The position numbers were made by a program, and so were the translations under genes. Under the pieces are notes generated by a model that saw nothing but the letters and a program-made list of their open reading frames with translations, was not told where the DNA came from and ran no database searches. A stretch of 64,000 bases of DNA from Squalus acanthias (taxonomy: Eukaryota). Shown piece by piece: positions 60,539 through 64,000 of this stretch. The stretch lies in NCBI GenBank assembly GCA_030390025.1, contig CM059435.1, forward strand, positions 39,866,001 to 39,930,000, given 5' to 3'. The stretch's first letter is position 1. Each line of letters opens with the position of its first letter.

Positions 60539-62260
60539 GTGAAAAACCCCATAGATGTCCTCTCTGTGATTATGCTGCAGCTCAAAAGACCTCACTTAAA
60601 TATCACTTGGAGCGACACCACAAGGGTGAGCAGAAAAAGGCTGAAGAAAAGAGTGATCCTCTGAAGAGTTCATTGGCATCTCCGAAATTGGAAGTCGTAC
60701 CAAAAGGAAGTGATGAATCTGTTCAGGAATCTGTGGACTCGAAGAAGTTGATTACAGATTCTTTGGGCAGTGCCAAAGATTTAGATGCAGACTTTCCTCG
60801 GAGGAAACTCAAATCTACTCATTCTTCTCGTCCAATTTTTCAAAATGTTATGTTTTCAAATATGAATAGACCGTTCCCAGACTTGAACAGGAATACTAGT
60901 TTTCATAACAATCGCCGGATCTTCTGTAATGCAGTGCTGCCATATCGTGAGAAATCAAAGGGTGAAAAGGTGGTGAGTGAGTTCCATAGGAGTGACTCTG
61001 ATCCAAAGGCGGTTATAGACCTAGACGATTCCAAGGTTTTGGAGCAATGTTTAATGGAAGAACTGTCAGAAGATGGTGTGCAACAGAATAATGCTAGAAG
61101 CATAAAGTTGGAACCTGCTTCAATAAATGACCAATGCTACGTTAGTGCTAGAGGTAATATGGAGGACTACTGTGATAAATTTGAATCCAGCTTATTGGAA
61201 AAGCCCTTGAATCTCTGCACCACAATATATCAGCAAAGCCTGTGTAGTGGTGGTAGTCCTCGGGGAAATGCATCTACCTCAGTTTCCAAGAGTGCCTTAC
61301 TGAGCAACACGTGTCCATTTTGTACTTACAGAACTTTGTACCCAGAGGTCTTAGTGATGCACCAAAGGTTGGTACACAAATATAATCCTGACCCAAGCCC
61401 AATAAATGGAGTTCGAAGTGCTGTTCGTGGTGGGTCAATTAAAAGCAGACGCACTGGATGCCCTCCTGCACTATTAGGTCAAGATGTTTCTTCTTTGCTT
61501 GCCACCAAAGAAATGAACAGAAAGTTTTCTCGTCGGACCAGGTCACCACTACCAGCAGCTTCACCAGATGCTTCAAACATGCTGCTTGGGAAGGCAAAAT
61601 CACCATCATCACACCAATCTCTGTGCAATAATCTCCTTCCCTCTGCAGCAGGATCTAGATCTTCAGGCGAATTTAAAGCATTCAAGGCTACCCAAAATCC
61701 TAATGTACATCTAGAAAACTATGGATCCATACATACTGAACTTAGACAGATGCCAGATGTGGTGCAAAAAATGGAAAGAAGTGAATCCTCAGAGGCTGGT
61801 AATAGTAAGAGAAATATGTCGGAAAGGCCTGGTATTAAGTTGGACTACGAATCTGATGGACCTAGGGGACCTTTGTTTAGATATGATAGTCTTTGGGCGC
61901 CAAATGTTAGCAAAATGTGTCTTACTAATGTGTCAGAGAATCAGGGAGGCTTGGACTCGCATGAGCCTACAGCTAAAAGAATGAAAGTAAACAGTCCTTT
62001 AAGAAACGATCAGCTTACATTTGGAACAAGGAGGAGTGTCCAAGGAAGAAATGTAAAATTATTATCTCAGGAGATGTCCCCTGTTCAGTCAAGAAACTCC
62101 GGGGTATCGTCTAAGCCAGAATCCGCCTTGGATTCAAATGGAGTTGACTCGCATTGGAATGTATTGAAAATTTTGAAGTCCTACAACCCGCAAGATCTTG
62201 CTTCACTGTATAGTACTTGTGGACCCAGTAATAGTAGAGATCCTAATATTGGTCAAGAAG
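60539..62260 (+). CDS. ZNF217: ZNF217 large coding exon (human ZF7 and ZF8 equivalents, CtBP-binding motifs); gene continues beyond window
   Basis: Acceptor ttttcgcttcag|gt; GEKPHRCPLCDYAAAQKTSLKYHLERHH, EKPLNL, TCPFCTYRTLYPEVLVMHQRLVHKYNPD, RRTGCPPALLG; donor AAG|gtaggt at 62260/62261 after EG. Confidence 0.95.
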
Positions 62261-62836
62261 GTAGGTGTGGTTTGTTGAATTTATTGTAAACATTTTTTGC
62301 AGTCTGATCAGTGTCAGTTCATGAAGATTTTATTACATTAGTGTTTACATTTTTTAAATAGTGATCTATGGGGAAAATGGTTCAAGGAAAGTGGGGGGTA
62401 AAATGAGTGCCCATATTTTACTGGATCCAGATATTCATTTAAGCCCCTCTCAGCACCACAATTTTAAAATTATTTCATTTTTACTTTAGATGCTGCCTAG
62501 CAGATCAGTAACTATTTTTCACTTTAATACTGTCATTAACCCTGATCACTAGATATTACTTTCTCTTTCCTCAGCCATCTTCCCCCCCCCCCCCCCCCCC
62601 CCCCCTTTCTCTCCACCCCTCCACGCACATACAGCACAATGACTTGGACTTCTGGCAAACTAAGTGCTTCAGTTGCCTGCTACACACCAGCCACTTTAAT
62701 TTGTGTTTCTTTTGTTAGGGTAAAGGGTAGCTATTCAGAGTGGCAGAAGATGGTGTAGAGATTAGGCCAATTAGTAGCTTATCTCTAGTCTTTCAAATAA
62801 TCAGGATTGACTGCAAACCAATATGGTGGGTATATT

Positions 62837-63329
62837 GGGGGAGAAATTCAGTATCTCCCCATTTGGGGCGCAATTATCGGCCGGGCGCAAAGATTAGCGC
62901 CTGGCGCTAATTATCGCCACCGACTGCAAACTTGACTTTTATTGCCCCTGAAGGTGATTGGAGCACTAAATCAGGCGCTTAACACCTGTCTTAAGGCGCA
63001 AAGGCAGAGGAGCGAGGCGCTACCTCAGAGCGCTGGCGAAGCTCATGTGATGTCAGTCAGCAATGGAACACACACACAATGGCGCGGGGCAGTTCTTAAA
63101 GGGGAGGGTTGATCTTGCTTTCCATCCACACCCTGCTCATTGCAGCCTTGAATCTCTGCCTGGGGAGATCTGCTGGAAAGAACAATGGAGAGTACTAGGA
63201 AAAGAGCTCAGAGTGCAGCCCCCACAGTCTCTTCTAAATCGATACAAGGAAGGGCAAATCAAAATGAACCTGCAAAGTGCTGCTCAGTACCCAAAACTCC
63301 TTCACACAGCGTTGAATCTCTCCAGAAGT

Positions 63330-63381
<52 letters not shown>

Positions 63382-63728
63382 GAATACGTAGTTCAAAAAT
63401 GTCACCAACAATAAAAGGCAGGAAGCGGTTGCCTTTAAATAGCACTCCCCCAGTCCCTTCCTGACTGCAAAATGCTCCCCTCAACCTGTCGTTGCTAGCG
63501 GCAGGCGGTAAGGCAGGGGGCGCCACTCAATATCTGCTCTGGGGCGTTGCGCACTTGACTGACGTCACGATCTGCCGGCGCAGGAGATCGTGGCGGTAGT
63601 GTTTAGCGCCGCCGCAAAATGTTTAGTTAATTTCGCGAGCGGCAAAAACATCGCCGCGTCCGGGCGCTAGATGCTTTGCGCCCTCTTAAGGCGCTAACGG
63701 GAGGTGCAACCAACTGAATTTTTCCCCC
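62837..63728 (-). mobile_element. Non-autonomous Harbinger-type element, copy 2 (892 bp)
   Basis: TIRs gggggagaaattcagt / actgaatttttccccc, TSD att (62834-62836, 63729-63731); reverse-complement homologue of 4242-5059. Confidence 0.88.
63333..63378. repeat. (CT)n microsatellite inside Harbinger copy 2
   Basis: Directly visible. Confidence 0.95.
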
Positions 63729-64000
63729 ATTGTGTTTAATCAGAGTTTAAGATGGAATATAACATGCTAGTTATACAGCAAAAACATACAACTGTGACAA
63801 GCAGCTGGTGCTGGTACCGGTCCCGATCGGACAGATGGCTGGCGTGCGTGAACAGTTATCTGGCTTGCGGCCTTTCTTCTCGTCTAGAACCTCCGATGGT
63901 GAGCGTGGGATCACTCTCGAAAGAGCGTTCGACCAGCCTAACTTCTGCTTGGCTCTTCCCTCCACCGTCTGTGTGCACAAGCACTCGGTGTTACTTTTAT

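Larger units (their letters stand above)
62713..64000 (-). mobile_element. Possible LTR (minus orientation) interrupted by Harbinger copy 2, running off the window
   Basis: Boundary tgttaggg at 62713 (CA end on minus strand); minus strand has ataaaa at the window edge, a CpG-rich segment and attaaa at ~63735-63740. Confidence 0.35.

Overview
Vertebrate genomic DNA, very probably a cartilaginous fish (shark-type DeuSINE, CR1, L2, Penelope and Harbinger repeats). The window holds most of one protein-coding gene, a ZNF217 orthologue on the + strand: a CpG-rich promoter and short non-coding first exon near 18.3-18.6 kb, a ~27.7 kb first intron, and coding exons at 46211-48090, 54137-54262 and 60539-62260. 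The last exon lies beyond the window. Two things stand out. (1) The first coding exon carries an extra, intact N-terminal C2H2 zinc-finger pair resembling ZNF516/ZNF536/ZNF219 that human ZNF217 lacks, and it is separated from the rest of the CDS by a frame break at about 46803-46840 (assembly indel, real lesion, recoding or alternative splicing). (2) Several Penelope-type terminal-repeat fragments carry minimal hammerhead ribozyme motifs, one in sense orientation inside the pre-mRNA and one within an 81-bp near-perfect hairpin just after exon 2. The rest is transposon-derived or unexplained non-coding DNA. All homology calls come from recalled family motifs, not database searches, and repeat boundaries are approximate unless a TSD or TIR is given.
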